A stretch of 64,000 nt of DNA, taken from an uncultured Ignavibacteriales bacterium (GTDB lineage Bacteria; Zixibacteria; MSB-5A5; GN15; FEB-12). Below, one piece after another: positions 51,274-61,369 of this stretch (the first letter of the stretch is position 1; each line of letters starts with the position of its first letter). The position numbers were made by a program, and so were the translations under genes. Under the pieces are notes generated by a model. The model made no database searches and had not been told where the DNA came from. It was given only the letters and a program-made list of their open reading frames with translations. The stretch lies in contig CAYXJN010000007.1 of NCBI GenBank assembly GCA_964464605.1, positions 62,001 through 126,000 of the forward strand, read 5' to 3'.

Positions 51274-53409
51274 TCAAGTCGTATAGGGGAAATAGAGCTT
51301 GAAAGTCGTTCCTGTACCTTCAATCGAGTCAACCGCCAGAGTACCGCCATGGGCCGACATCACACGCTCAACAACCGCTAATCCCAAGCCTGTCCCTTCG
51401 GTTTTGGTCGTGTAGTACCGGTCGAAAATACGGGGTAAATCCGACTTTTTGATACCAACGCCGCTGTCGGTTACCCATACAGCCAAGTATTCGACCTTTT
51501 TATGACCCGGTTTTTCGACTAAGCCGCGAACAGTGAGCGAGCCCCCTTCGGGCATGGCATCAATCGCATTGATGAAGATATTCAAAAAGACTTCGAGAAT
51601 CTGATTCTTGTTAATAATCAACTGCCAGGGAGCATCCTCGAAGGTTGAGGCATAAGTGATTTTTCGGCGCTGTAAATCGGGAGTGACTAATTCGACCGCC
51701 CGATGTACAACCTGCCGTAAATCAAGTTTCTGCGTTTCATACTTGTTCGGATTGGAGAAATCAACCAGTTCACGAACCAGTTCGTTCATGCGGTGGATTT
51801 CCTCTTCGGCTGAGGATAAAAATTCCGAAGACCCGATTTCCGGATGACGCTGTTTGAGAATCTGCAAGCCGCCGCGAATAGAGGTGAGCGGTTTGCGTAA
51901 ATCATGCGAGATTTCAGAGATCATGTTACCCATTGTGAGCAATCGCGTAGCGTTCAGCAATGAACGTTCACGCTCAAATAACAATGCCGCCTGCGAAATA
52001 ACGAGCCGGGCTAAAGAAATATCATCCTGACTGTACGGCCGGTCGACTTTGGCGCTGAGATAAAGAATATATTCCGGTTTTCCGAAGCGCATGATCGGAA
52101 TCGCCATGTATGCTTTTCCGGCGACTTGCGTGGTGCGGGAAGCGAGTACCTGTTTATGCACTGTTTCCGAAAGCGTACTTATTTTCTCATGTTCGATATC
52201 ATCGAGATTCAATTGTATCGGCGTCAACGTTGAGGTAAGCTTTTGCACCTCGACACCACCACTGTCATTGAGCGGAAGTTCTACTTCTCCATCCCCACCG
52301 GCGGGCGTTGCCGTTGAAGAAGGTGAATCGATATGAAACCAGATAGAGGCATCGATTGGAAACACGCGCTTCAATTTTGAAATCAATACTTTCTGGAAAT
52401 TGTTGAGGCTATTTATCGATGACATCTCGGTACTGAGTTCATTCAAGATTTCAAACTCTGTCAGTCGGCGGCGGTTTTTTTCGAACTGATTGGCATCATC
52501 GACTGCGACAGCAGCCTGTGAAGCAAAAGTCGTTAACAGGCGCAGGTCATTCTGAGTAAAGGAGGAGCCATCCGGTTTGTTCGCCATATTGATAACGCCG
52601 ATAATTTTGTTTTTGATAATCAGCGGGGCGCACAAAAGAGAGGCGGCGCCGTAGCGCTCCTGATTGATGCGGACAAACCGTTCATGCTTTTCGACATCCT
52701 CAACCAGTACCGGCTCACCGGTACGGGCAACATAGCCGGCGATAGATTCACCCACCGCCAGTTTCGTTTTCTGAATAATATCTTTTGAAAGTCCGATAGC
52801 AGCGGCAATAGTGAGATATTCACCGCGCTCGTCTAAAAGCATAATCGATGCAACCTGCGCATCGGTTACAGCTGAAGCCAGCGTAACAATTTGACGCAGC
52901 AGTTCCCTGAGGTTCGATGTTGAGCCGATTGATTTACCGGCTTCGTACAAGGCATTGAGTTCGGCGATTCGCCGTTGCTGCAGAAAATTGGAAAGCTTTA
53001 ATTCTTCGAGTAACCGCAGACGTTCTAAACCGTCACGCCGTTTTTCAAGGGCTCGGCGGACAGCGAGTTCAAGACTGGTGAATTCAACCGGCTTGAGCAG
53101 ATAATCGTAGGCTCCCTGGGCAATTGCTTCAAGCGCGGTTTGCAGGGAGGCAAAGCCGGTCATAAGAATGACCGGAATATCTTCATCGACCTGCTTGACT
53201 GCTTTGAGCAATTCCAAGCCATCCATCTCCGGCATACGGATATCGGTAATAACCAGATCTGTCTTCCCCTGCCCGATGGCTAAAGCGGCCTCTTTAGCGT
53301 TGCCGAATGTTTCGACCGTGTAGCCGTCACCGGACAGAAGAGCAGCCAGCGATTCCCGCATGCGCTGTTCATCGTCGATGATTATGATTCGTTCGTTTGG
53401 AATACTCAT
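51274..53409 (-). CDS. Hybrid sensor histidine kinase (REC-GAF-HisKA-HATPase)
   Basis: N-terminal REC, GAF, ISHDLRKPL, NAIDAM, GTGLGL. Confidence 0.92.
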   Translation of the reverse strand: MSIPNERIIIIDDEQRMRESLAALLSGDGYTVETFGNAKEAALAIGQGKTDLVITDIRMPEMDGLELLKAVKQVDEDIPVILMTGFASLQTALEAIAQGAYDYLLKPVEFTSLELAVRRALEKRRDGLERLRLLEELKLSNFLQQRRIAELNALYEAGKSIGSTSNLRELLRQIVTLASAVTDAQVASIMLLDERGEYLTIAAAIGLSKDIIQKTKLAVGESIAGYVARTGEPVLVEDVEKHERFVRINQERYGAASLLCAPLIIKNKIIGVINMANKPDGSSFTQNDLRLLTTFASQAAVAVDDANQFEKNRRRLTEFEILNELSTEMSSINSLNNFQKVLISKLKRVFPIDASIWFHIDSPSSTATPAGGDGEVELPLNDSGGVEVQKLTSTLTPIQLNLDDIEHEKISTLSETVHKQVLASRTTQVAGKAYMAIPIMRFGKPEYILYLSAKVDRPYSQDDISLARLVISQAALLFERERSLLNATRLLTMGNMISEISHDLRKPLTSIRGGLQILKQRHPEIGSSEFLSSAEEEIHRMNELVRELVDFSNPNKYETQKLDLRQVVHRAVELVTPDLQRRKITYASTFEDAPWQLIINKNQILEVFLNIFINAIDAMPEGGSLTVRGLVEKPGHKKVEYLAVWVTDSGVGIKKSDLPRIFDRYYTTKTEGTGLGLAVVERVMSAHGGTLAVDSIEGTGTTFKLYFPYTT

Positions 53410-54785
53410 GATTGTTTAGTCTGTTCTATCGGCAAACGAATCTCAAAACATCCGCCTGTTTTTGTATTACTGAAGGTCAGCGTACCGTTGTGCTTTTTCA
53501 CGATTCCGTAGCAAACCGACAAGCCCAGCCCGGTCCCTTTCCCCGGCTCTTTAGTTGTAAAAAAGGGCTCGAAAATATGGGGGATAATTTCCGCCGGAAT
53601 TCCGGGGCCGCTGTCGCAGAACTTAATGCTGATTTCGTTATCGAACGGTTCAAGGCTTATTGCTAACGTTCCGCTGCTTTCCATCGCGTCGCAGGCATTA
53701 ATAATGATATTCAAAAATACCTGCTTGAGGTTTTCAGCCGATGCCTCGATTGCCGGAAGCTGATGATCGAAAGAACGGATAATCCTGATATCATGCTTTT
53801 CCAGTTGTCGTTCCATGAGCTGCAGCACTTCCTCGGTCAATTCTATGATATTTACTTTTTTGAAAGCGATAACTTCGGGACGATGGAAATTCAGCAGTTC
53901 CCGAACTATGCCAGCGATCCGGTTGATTTCCTGGCTGACGATATCGGCGTAATTACCCGCTTCGGCGTTTTGTGCAACAGAACGGCGAATGAGCAAAATA
54001 TAGTTTTTGATAATGCCGAGCGGGTTATTGATTTCATGCGCGACTTTGGCCGACATTTCACCGAGTGCAGCTAAACGTTCAGAATTAACCAACTGCTGCT
54101 GTGCTGAACGAAGCTGCTGAGTCGACATTTTTTCCGCTTCATACAAACGGGCATTTTCGATGGCGACTGAAATCTGGCTGCCGAGAATGGAAAGAAACTC
54201 ATTGTCATCCATCCCGAATTCCCGATTCGACATTTTTTCCGAGATAATAAACAGACCGCGCAGTTTGTTTTCGAAAATGAGCGGCACGACTAAACCGGGG
54301 TGAAAGCGCTTGAGAATTTTCTTTTCTCCCGCTGTTGCCTGCTCTTCCAAAAGTTCGCCAGTTGCAAATGGGCGATTCAATTTGGAAATATGGATAGCGA
54401 GCGCGCCGGATTCCAGAAAGAATTCATCCTCGCCGGGGAAATCACCAGAGCCGCGCTTTTTTACCATGATGATTTTATCGCTGAATTGATTAGGACGAAG
54501 GAAAATCGCCGCTTTGGATGCTCCCACCTGCGCGAGTGAAGTGAGAATAAAAGTATCCAAAAGCATCTGATAATCGAGCACAGAATTGAAATTGCGGCTG
54601 ATTTCGAAAATGGTATAGAGATCGAAAATCTTCCGTTTTAACTGCCGGTTCGACTCGGTAAGCGAGGCAATTTTCGCTTCGGGATCATCACGCTCAATAC
54701 GCGGAGCAGATGCAGCAGCGGGTGGTGTTTTTTTTACCCGTTTCGGCGGGGCTGCGCTTTTTTTTGGTTTTTCCGTTTTCTTCAT
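53406..54785 (-). CDS. GAF-domain sensor histidine kinase
   Basis: [28 protein letters not shown]. Confidence 0.92.
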   Translation of the reverse strand: MKKTEKPKKSAAPPKRVKKTPPAAASAPRIERDDPEAKIASLTESNRQLKRKIFDLYTIFEISRNFNSVLDYQMLLDTFILTSLAQVGASKAAIFLRPNQFSDKIIMVKKRGSGDFPGEDEFFLESGALAIHISKLNRPFATGELLEEQATAGEKKILKRFHPGLVVPLIFENKLRGLFIISEKMSNREFGMDDNEFLSILGSQISVAIENARLYEAEKMSTQQLRSAQQQLVNSERLAALGEMSAKVAHEINNPLGIIKNYILLIRRSVAQNAEAGNYADIVSQEINRIAGIVRELLNFHRPEVIAFKKVNIIELTEEVLQLMERQLEKHDIRIIRSFDHQLPAIEASAENLKQVFLNIIINACDAMESSGTLAISLEPFDNEISIKFCDSGPGIPAEIIPHIFEPFFTTKEPGKGTGLGLSVCYGIVKKHNGTLTFSNTKTGGCFEIRLPIEQTKQS

Positions 54786-56083
54786 TGTGTATCAAACCGT
54801 TCGAGAAATTCACCTACTAAATAATGAGAACCGAGTATGACTATTATGTCGTCAGACTTTGCCTGTTTCAATAATGGACGTAACGCCTGAGATAATGAAC
54901 GATATGGCGCGACTTGAGTTCCCTTCCAGTCGATTTCGGCAATCAATGCTTTCGGGTCAGTTGTCCTGTGTGTACCCAAACGAACCAGTGAAATCTGCGA
55001 TGCTATCCGCAAAAGACTTGAAAATATAACCTGATGATCCTTTCCTTTCACAAATCCGGCTACAATCGCCACTTTTCGCTTCGGGTAACGCCGTTCGAAT
55101 GCGTGAACAAATGCTTCTACCCCGCCCGGGTTGTGGCCGACATCGCATATAAACAGCGGCATCTCTTTTTTCTTCAGCAGTTGAAATCGTCCCGGCCATT
55201 TCGCTTTGGCTATGCCGTTTTTGATAGTCGATGCCGAAATGCGAATGCCTCGCTTGGGTAAAAGCGAAAGCGCTTTTGCCGCTAACACCGAGTTTCTCAG
55301 TTGATGCTCGCCGATCAGTCCCGGTTGAACGTTTTTGAATGTCATCGCATTGAATTTTGCATCGAAAGAATCTGTTTTCGGATGCGTTTTGTAATCTCGA
55401 CTCGACAAAGTATATAACGGCGCATTCAGCAGGGTGCATCGTTTCCGCATGACATTTTCTGCGACTGCTGACAGCGATCCGACAAGATGAGGCACTCCCG
55501 GTTTGATAATCCCTGCTTTTTCTAAAGCAATTTTTGCAAGTGTGTTGCCAAGAATATCGACATGATCATAGCTGATATCGGTGCAAATCGTCAGCTCCGG
55601 TGTCAGAACATTGGTCGCATCCAATCGTCCACCCAATCCGACTTCGATAACGCCGATATCAATATTTGCTTCTTTGAAATGCAAAAAAGCAAGCGCGGTC
55701 ATGACTTCGAAAAAGGTAAGTTCCCGCGACACCATTTCATGGCGATAGTTTTTCACAAAGGAAATCACGGTCTGTTTTGGAATTAGTTTTCGGTTTACTT
55801 GTATCCGCTCCCGAAAGGAAATCAAGTGCGGCGAGGTGAACAGCCCGGTCTTGTAGCCGGCTTCGCGTAGTGCAGAATCAAGCATCGCGCAAGTAGAGCC
55901 TTTGCCGTTGGTACCGGAAACATGAATCGTTTTATAGCTGTTTTGCGGTGAGCCGATATCAGTAAGAAAAGTGCGGATATTGTCGAGCCCTAATTTCATC
56001 CCGAAAAATTCGCGAGATAATAAAAAGCGCTCTGCCGTTTTGTATTCTTTTTCTAATGCGGGAGATGTTTTACCAGTGGGCAC
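54782..56083 (-). CDS. folC: Folylpolyglutamate/dihydrofolate synthase
   Basis: GTNGKGS, TSPHL..FRERI, EVGLGGRLDATN, WPGRF. Confidence 0.96.
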   Translation of the reverse strand: MPTGKTSPALEKEYKTAERFLLSREFFGMKLGLDNIRTFLTDIGSPQNSYKTIHVSGTNGKGSTCAMLDSALREAGYKTGLFTSPHLISFRERIQVNRKLIPKQTVISFVKNYRHEMVSRELTFFEVMTALAFLHFKEANIDIGVIEVGLGGRLDATNVLTPELTICTDISYDHVDILGNTLAKIALEKAGIIKPGVPHLVGSLSAVAENVMRKRCTLLNAPLYTLSSRDYKTHPKTDSFDAKFNAMTFKNVQPGLIGEHQLRNSVLAAKALSLLPKRGIRISASTIKNGIAKAKWPGRFQLLKKKEMPLFICDVGHNPGGVEAFVHAFERRYPKRKVAIVAGFVKGKDHQVIFSSLLRIASQISLVRLGTHRTTDPKALIAEIDWKGTQVAPYRSLSQALRPLLKQAKSDDIIVILGSHYLVGEFLERFDTQ

Positions 56084-56119
56084 CGGCTGTACCTGCTTCC
56101 GTGCAGTGGCCGAGGGGCG

Positions 56120-56962
56120 TTATTGTTTCCACATATACTTGTAGAATTTGATAATCGTATCGCGGAGATCTTTCCGGTCGACAATTTTATCCAAAAAACC
56201 ATGATCTAAGAAAAACTCGGATGACTGGAACCCTTCCGGTAAATCCTGCCCGATGGTCTGCTGAATCACGCGCGGTCCGGCGAACCCAAGCAGCGCTTTC
56301 GGCTCGGCGATGATAACATCACCGAGCGAGGCATACGATGCCATCACTCCCGCGGTAGTCGGATTGGTTAACAGAGAAACGTACGGTAGTTTTCTATCGG
56401 CAAGCCGCGCCAAAAGTCCCGAGGTTTTCGCCATCTGCATGAGGGATAAAATTCCCTCCTGCATTCGCGCACCGCCGGAACAGGAGACAACGAGAAGCGG
56501 AATATGTTTGTCGATGGCGCGCTCGATAGCGCGGGCAATTTTTTCACCAACCACTGAACCCATCGAGCCGCCGATAAATTCGAAATTCATGATAGCGAAG
56601 GAAACCGGTATCCCGCCCATCTCACCAAGACCGGAGGTGACGCCATCCACCAAACCGGTATTATTCTGCGCCGCTTTGATACGATCCGGATACCGTTTAC
56701 TGTCCTTGAATTTGAGCGGGTCTTTGGAACTGAGGTTCTGATCATATTCTTCCAAACGACCGCCATCTAACAGCAGGTGGATATATTTTTCGGCTGGGAT
56801 ACGGAAATGGAAATTGCAGGTCGGGCAAACCCAGAGCATCTGCTCGAGTTTTTTGGAATAAATTACTTCACCGCAGGAGGAGCACTTGGTCCATACTCCT
56901 TCAGGGATATTCTTCTTTTCCTGCGATAAAAGACCGGGTTTGGTCTTTCTAAACCATTCCAT
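56120..56962 (-). CDS. accD: Acetyl-CoA carboxylase carboxyltransferase beta subunit
   Basis: Zn finger KC..C...VCPTC, GGSMGSVVGEK, SGGARMQEG. Confidence 0.97.
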   Translation of the reverse strand: MEWFRKTKPGLLSQEKKNIPEGVWTKCSSCGEVIYSKKLEQMLWVCPTCNFHFRIPAEKYIHLLLDGGRLEEYDQNLSSKDPLKFKDSKRYPDRIKAAQNNTGLVDGVTSGLGEMGGIPVSFAIMNFEFIGGSMGSVVGEKIARAIERAIDKHIPLLVVSCSGGARMQEGILSLMQMAKTSGLLARLADRKLPYVSLLTNPTTAGVMASYASLGDVIIAEPKALLGFAGPRVIQQTIGQDLPEGFQSSEFFLDHGFLDKIVDRKDLRDTIIKFYKYMWKQ

Positions 56963-56965
56963 ATT

Positions 56966-57454
56966 TTATTCTCCGCTGCTGCGCGGGGTGACATCCCGCA
57001 CCAGCACCAGTGCATCCTCAATCGGGCGACGGTAATACTTGTTCCGTCGGTACAAAAACCGGAAGCCATGCCGCTCATAAAAGGCCTGAGCCTCGCGGTT
57101 ACCGGCACGGACTTCCAAGAGAATATATTCGACCCGGGTACCGCTCACAAGCCTCAAAAACGGCTCCAAAAGCAGGGTCGCTATGCCATGGCGGCGATAT
57201 TCCGGCAGGACTGCGATATTGGTAATATGCGATTCGGTATCGGCAATGAGCGTGCAGAGATAGCCGACAATGGTCCCCTGTGAGACGGCCACATACCCGC
57301 CCCAGCCCTCACCGGAAACCTGCTCGACAAAAGCCGAGCGGGGCCACGGGTCAGGGAAAATCAACTGCTCCAATTCCAAAATGCGATCGACATCATCCGG
57401 CCGCATATCTCTGATAACAATATCAGTTCGATTGGTTTGACTGACGTTGTTCAA
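56966..57454 (-). CDS. rimI: Ribosomal-protein-alanine N-acetyltransferase
   Basis: NIAV.PEYRRHGIA, LEVR.GN..A..FY..HGF, YY....EDA; start codon uncertain. Confidence 0.88.
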   Translation of the reverse strand: MNNVSQTNRTDIVIRDMRPDDVDRILELEQLIFPDPWPRSAFVEQVSGEGWGGYVAVSQGTIVGYLCTLIADTESHITNIAVLPEYRRHGIATLLLEPFLRLVSGTRVEYILLEVRAGNREAQAFYERHGFRFLYRRNKYYRRPIEDALVLVRDVTPRSSGE

Positions 57455-58112
57455 AGCGAATCTCCGCCTGTGACTTTTGGATATACAACGGCTCAAGTGT
57501 GACAACATCGCCTGATTGACCGTTTTGCAGTTTTGTTTTGCCTATTTGCAAAATATGAGAAGCGTCGAAAAGAATCCGGTGTGATAAATTCGCGCCTGCG
57601 CCGTATGAACGCATCTCTTCGCCCAATCCGACAAAAGCAAATGCGTTGGCTTGTACCTGATCGGCGAGTCCGGTAATAGGGATAACGCGAATACTACTGC
57701 TATCGAAATGACCTTGCTTGACTGTTGCCGATATAAATTCATCCCGGCGAACAGCGGTAATAATTTCGACAGGGTTTTGCTCATCACGAAGCATTTCGGC
57801 AGCAGCTTCAAAAACCGAGACTCCGACAATGGGGATTCCCAATGCTTGGACGATTCCTTTGGCCGTTGCTATACCGATTCGTAATCCGGTGAATGAACCG
57901 GGACCGGTTGAAACGACAATACCATGTAAATCTTTCGGCGTACGCTGTGCGGAAGCAAACAGGTCGGCGATTTTTTTCATTATCATCTGCCCCTGCGCTT
58001 GATCCGCCTCTTCCCCGACTTTGATAATCCGGTCTTCCCCGAAGGCAAGGGCAAGACGGAGATACTTCGTTGAAGTATCAATCGCTAACAGATTGGTAAA
58101 GGAATCGCTCAT
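57423..58112 (-). CDS. tsaB: t6A biosynthesis protein TsaB
   Basis: LAIDTS, GPGSFTGLRIG, LEPLY. Confidence 0.95.
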   Translation of the reverse strand: MSDSFTNLLAIDTSTKYLRLALAFGEDRIIKVGEEADQAQGQMIMKKIADLFASAQRTPKDLHGIVVSTGPGSFTGLRIGIATAKGIVQALGIPIVGVSVFEAAAEMLRDEQNPVEIITAVRRDEFISATVKQGHFDSSSIRVIPITGLADQVQANAFAFVGLGEEMRSYGAGANLSHRILFDASHILQIGKTKLQNGQSGDVVTLEPLYIQKSQAEIRFEQRQSNQSN

Positions 58113-58543
58113 GATTGGATCCGTGCGACCGTAATTTTCCGGTCGGTATCGTTGATTCGTTCAAAATTGATTTTGTAGTATGTCGGCGGGAGTTTGTCAT
58201 TCGCTTTTTCCCCCCACTCGACTACAACCAACCCGGGGCGAATCAGGTATTCATCCCAGCCGACTTCATATAGCTCGCTCACATCTTTCAAGCGGTACAA
58301 ATCAAAATGATATAACGGCACCTGCGCGGGATATTCATTCACGATCGTAAAGGACGGCGAACTTACGCTCGCTGGGTCAATCCCCATCGCTTTAGCAAGG
58401 CCGCGTACAAAAACTGTTTTGCCTGCGCCGAGTGATCCGGAAAGCACAATCAAGTCACCGGAAGAAAACCCGGCAGTGAGCGCCTGTGCCAGCGCTTCGG
58501 TTTCCGGTTCGGAATGAGATACTATTTCCAATTCACGCGACAT
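58109..58543 (-). CDS. tsaE: t6A biosynthesis ATPase TsaE
   Basis: GSLGAGKT, SPSFTIVNEY, HFDLYRL, VEW. Confidence 0.95.
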   Translation of the reverse strand: MSRELEIVSHSEPETEALAQALTAGFSSGDLIVLSGSLGAGKTVFVRGLAKAMGIDPASVSSPSFTIVNEYPAQVPLYHFDLYRLKDVSELYEVGWDEYLIRPGLVVVEWGEKANDKLPPTYYKINFERINDTDRKITVARIQS

Positions 58544-58551
58544 GAGGTCTC

Positions 58552-60111
58552 TTATCGAGGAGTAAGCGTCACGAGTGGCACGATCATTTCTTCTATCGAA
58601 ATACCGCCATGCTGGAAAGAATTCTGAAACTGACGCACCATCTCATTGTAATTGTTCGGATAGACGAAATAGAAATCTTCTTTGGCGATAATATAGGTAG
58701 TCGCAAGGGTAAGCACGGGCAAACGCCATTCATCCGGCTTTTTCACCAGCACCGATTCTTTCGGATCGGAGTTTAGATTGTCACCGTATTTGTAGCGAAG
58801 ATTGGTGGAGGTTGTCCGTTTTCCGTGCGCCATCGTTCCCCGTTTGCATAAGACTGCACCATGGTCGGAGGTCAGTACAACCGTGTAGTTCTTGTCGGCG
58901 AACCATTTCAGCATGGTGAACAAAGGCGAGTGAATAAACCAGCTCTTCATTAAGGAGCGAAAGGCTGATTCGGTTCCGGCGATCTCTTTTAAAATGACGT
59001 TGTTGGAACGACCATGCGAAAGAATATCGAGAAAATTAAAGACTATCCCCAACACCTGCGCATCGGCAAAATCCGACATCCGTTTGGCAATCGCTTCCCC
59101 TTCGGTGTTGGTGTTGATCTTTAGGTATTTCATACCACGACCCAACCGAAGTCCATTGCGGGCTAAGAGATCTTCAAAGAATTTATCTTCGTTGCGATTC
59201 AGTGAGCCTTCATCGAGTTCACGATAGTTATCAGGATAGATGCGGTTGATTTCATCCGGAAACATTCCGGAAAACAGTGCGTTTCGACAGAATGGTGTCG
59301 CGGTTGGTAAGAGTGAAAAATAGTAATCCCGTTTGACATTGAAAAACTCGGCGATCAACGGCTCAATGAGCATCCATTGATCCAGCCGCATGCAGTCGAT
59401 AACGATAAACGCCGTTTTTTGCTTCGCTTTTACCGAAGGAATGACACACTGCTTGGCGACATCTGGTGAGAGCGTCGGACGCGCATCCGAGCGCAGCCAC
59501 TTGGTGTACGTTGACATGATATATTTGGTGAACTCGACATTCCACTCTTTGCGGGTTCCTTCGAGTGTTTCCTCAAGGCCGATGTCCCTATGTTCATCCA
59601 ATTCCAGATTCCACTCAGCGAGAATCCGGGCGGCATCGTACCAGTCTTCCGGCGACATCGCGCCGTACATACGCTGATTGAATTTATTGATTTCAGTGAT
59701 ATACCGCTGCATCGATGAGCCGCTGATAATCCGGCGGGCATCAAGAATGCGCTTGATGACCAATACAATCTGAGACGGGTTTACCGGTTTCACTAAGTAA
59801 TCGGCGATTTTTTTGCCGATCGCCTGATCCATCAGCGCTTCTTCTTCCGATTTCGTGACCATCACGACCGGTAGATGCGGCTTGTTGTCTTTTATCTCTT
59901 CAAGCGTAGTAAGCCCGTCTTTACCGGGCATCATTTCATCCAGCAAAACCAAATCGAATTCCTCTTTCCCGACTAACGCAATGGCATCATCACCGGACAT
60001 CACCGTGCGTACATCGAATCCGCGCTGCTGTAAAAACAGTACATGCGGTTTTAAAGAATCGATTTCATCATCAACCCAAAGAATCCGTTTTTTGTCGACC
60101 GTTGTTTCCAT
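58552..60111 (-). CDS. PorX-like response regulator with PglZ/alkaline-phosphatase domain
   Basis: ILWVDDEID.LKPH, IDCMRLDQW, LPTATP..RNA, TSDHG and FQHGGIS.EEM motifs; adjacent to tsaE as in Bacteroidota. Confidence 0.88.
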   Translation of the reverse strand: METTVDKKRILWVDDEIDSLKPHVLFLQQRGFDVRTVMSGDDAIALVGKEEFDLVLLDEMMPGKDGLTTLEEIKDNKPHLPVVMVTKSEEEALMDQAIGKKIADYLVKPVNPSQIVLVIKRILDARRIISGSSMQRYITEINKFNQRMYGAMSPEDWYDAARILAEWNLELDEHRDIGLEETLEGTRKEWNVEFTKYIMSTYTKWLRSDARPTLSPDVAKQCVIPSVKAKQKTAFIVIDCMRLDQWMLIEPLIAEFFNVKRDYYFSLLPTATPFCRNALFSGMFPDEINRIYPDNYRELDEGSLNRNEDKFFEDLLARNGLRLGRGMKYLKINTNTEGEAIAKRMSDFADAQVLGIVFNFLDILSHGRSNNVILKEIAGTESAFRSLMKSWFIHSPLFTMLKWFADKNYTVVLTSDHGAVLCKRGTMAHGKRTTSTNLRYKYGDNLNSDPKESVLVKKPDEWRLPVLTLATTYIIAKEDFYFVYPNNYNEMVRQFQNSFQHGGISIEEMIVPLVTLTPR

Positions 60112-60121
60112 CTGGTCAGCT

Positions 60122-61369
60122 TTATCCTTTCATCAACGGAAGATAAATGTCAAAAATAGTTTCGCCGGGACGGGATTTGCGCAGAAGCACTTTACCGCCA
60201 TGATATTCTTCAATAATCCGTTTTACCAGCGTTAATCCGAGTCCCCAGCCGCGTTTTTTGGTCGTAAACCCGGCTTTAAAAATGTTGCGGGCCGCCGCAA
60301 CCGGAATTCCGGCGCCGTTATCCATTATTTCTATCTGTACCCGGCCGTTGTCATCGTCATAGGAGGTTCGCACGTCTATTCTACCCGATTTCGGGTCAAC
60401 CGCCTGAATCGCATTTTTAATCAAATTTTCAAGCGCCCAGGTAAATAGCTCCTTGTTTACTTTTACCGGCGGCAGTTCACCGCTGGTAAGCGTGATAACC
60501 GTTCCTTTCCCTTCAAACGGTAAACGGCGTGAATAGTAGCTCACTGTTTCATCAACCAACATATTGATATCGGTCGGCTGCAAATCCGGTAGTGAACCTA
60601 TCTGCCCAAAACGATTAGCAACCCGCTGAAGTCGATTGATATCGACGCGCATATTGCTCACGACTTCCGAGGTATCCTTATCTGTACGCGTTATGCCATC
60701 AGTTTGATCACTGCCTAATACTTCCACCCAGCCCATCAGGGATGAAATCGGCGTTCCCAGCTGATGCGCCGTTTCTTTCGCCATACCGACCCAGATATGC
60801 CGCTCTTCGCTTCGGCGAATATTTTGAAATCCGATAACGGCAACGATCATAAAAGCGATAACGATTCCGATTTCGATAAAGGGCATGAGCGTCAGTCGCT
60901 CGATAACTTTGGAATCGCCGTAGTAAAAATAGTTCACGACATCCTCGCCGTAGTACAACGGAAACTCACCGTTCGTTTCCCGCATACTGGCGACTAAGTC
61001 CTTAAGATGCTCTCTTCCCAGTTCGCTGGTATCTTCGGGAACCACGTTATCGATATTTCTCCACTGCACCGGATTATGACTGGCATCGGTTACGATGATC
61101 GGAAAGGATGCTTTCACGATAACTTCTTCGAAAATAAATTCGAGTTCCTGTCCTGACGTGTTGGAGTTGGCAACAATCTGCCAGAGTTTCACATACTTTT
61201 CCACCTGGCTGCGGGTATCCGCTTTCAATTGTTCGATAACTTCGAAAGTGTACCAGATGAAAGATGCCGACACGAGAGCGACGGCAATAAGCAGAAAAAT
61301 TTTAAACCATGATGATTTGCCGAGATACAACCCGGCCATTTTCCGGGAAGATGTAGCGCGTGTTTCCAA
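60122..61369 (-). CDS. Membrane sensor histidine kinase
   Basis: Two TMs, WVGMAKETAHQLGTP, GFTTKKRGWGLGL. Confidence 0.9.
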   Translation of the reverse strand: METRATSSRKMAGLYLGKSSWFKIFLLIAVALVSASFIWYTFEVIEQLKADTRSQVEKYVKLWQIVANSNTSGQELEFIFEEVIVKASFPIIVTDASHNPVQWRNIDNVVPEDTSELGREHLKDLVASMRETNGEFPLYYGEDVVNYFYYGDSKVIERLTLMPFIEIGIVIAFMIVAVIGFQNIRRSEERHIWVGMAKETAHQLGTPISSLMGWVEVLGSDQTDGITRTDKDTSEVVSNMRVDINRLQRVANRFGQIGSLPDLQPTDINMLVDETVSYYSRRLPFEGKGTVITLTSGELPPVKVNKELFTWALENLIKNAIQAVDPKSGRIDVRTSYDDDNGRVQIEIMDNGAGIPVAAARNIFKAGFTTKKRGWGLGLTLVKRIIEEYHGGKVLLRKSRPGETIFDIYLPLMKG

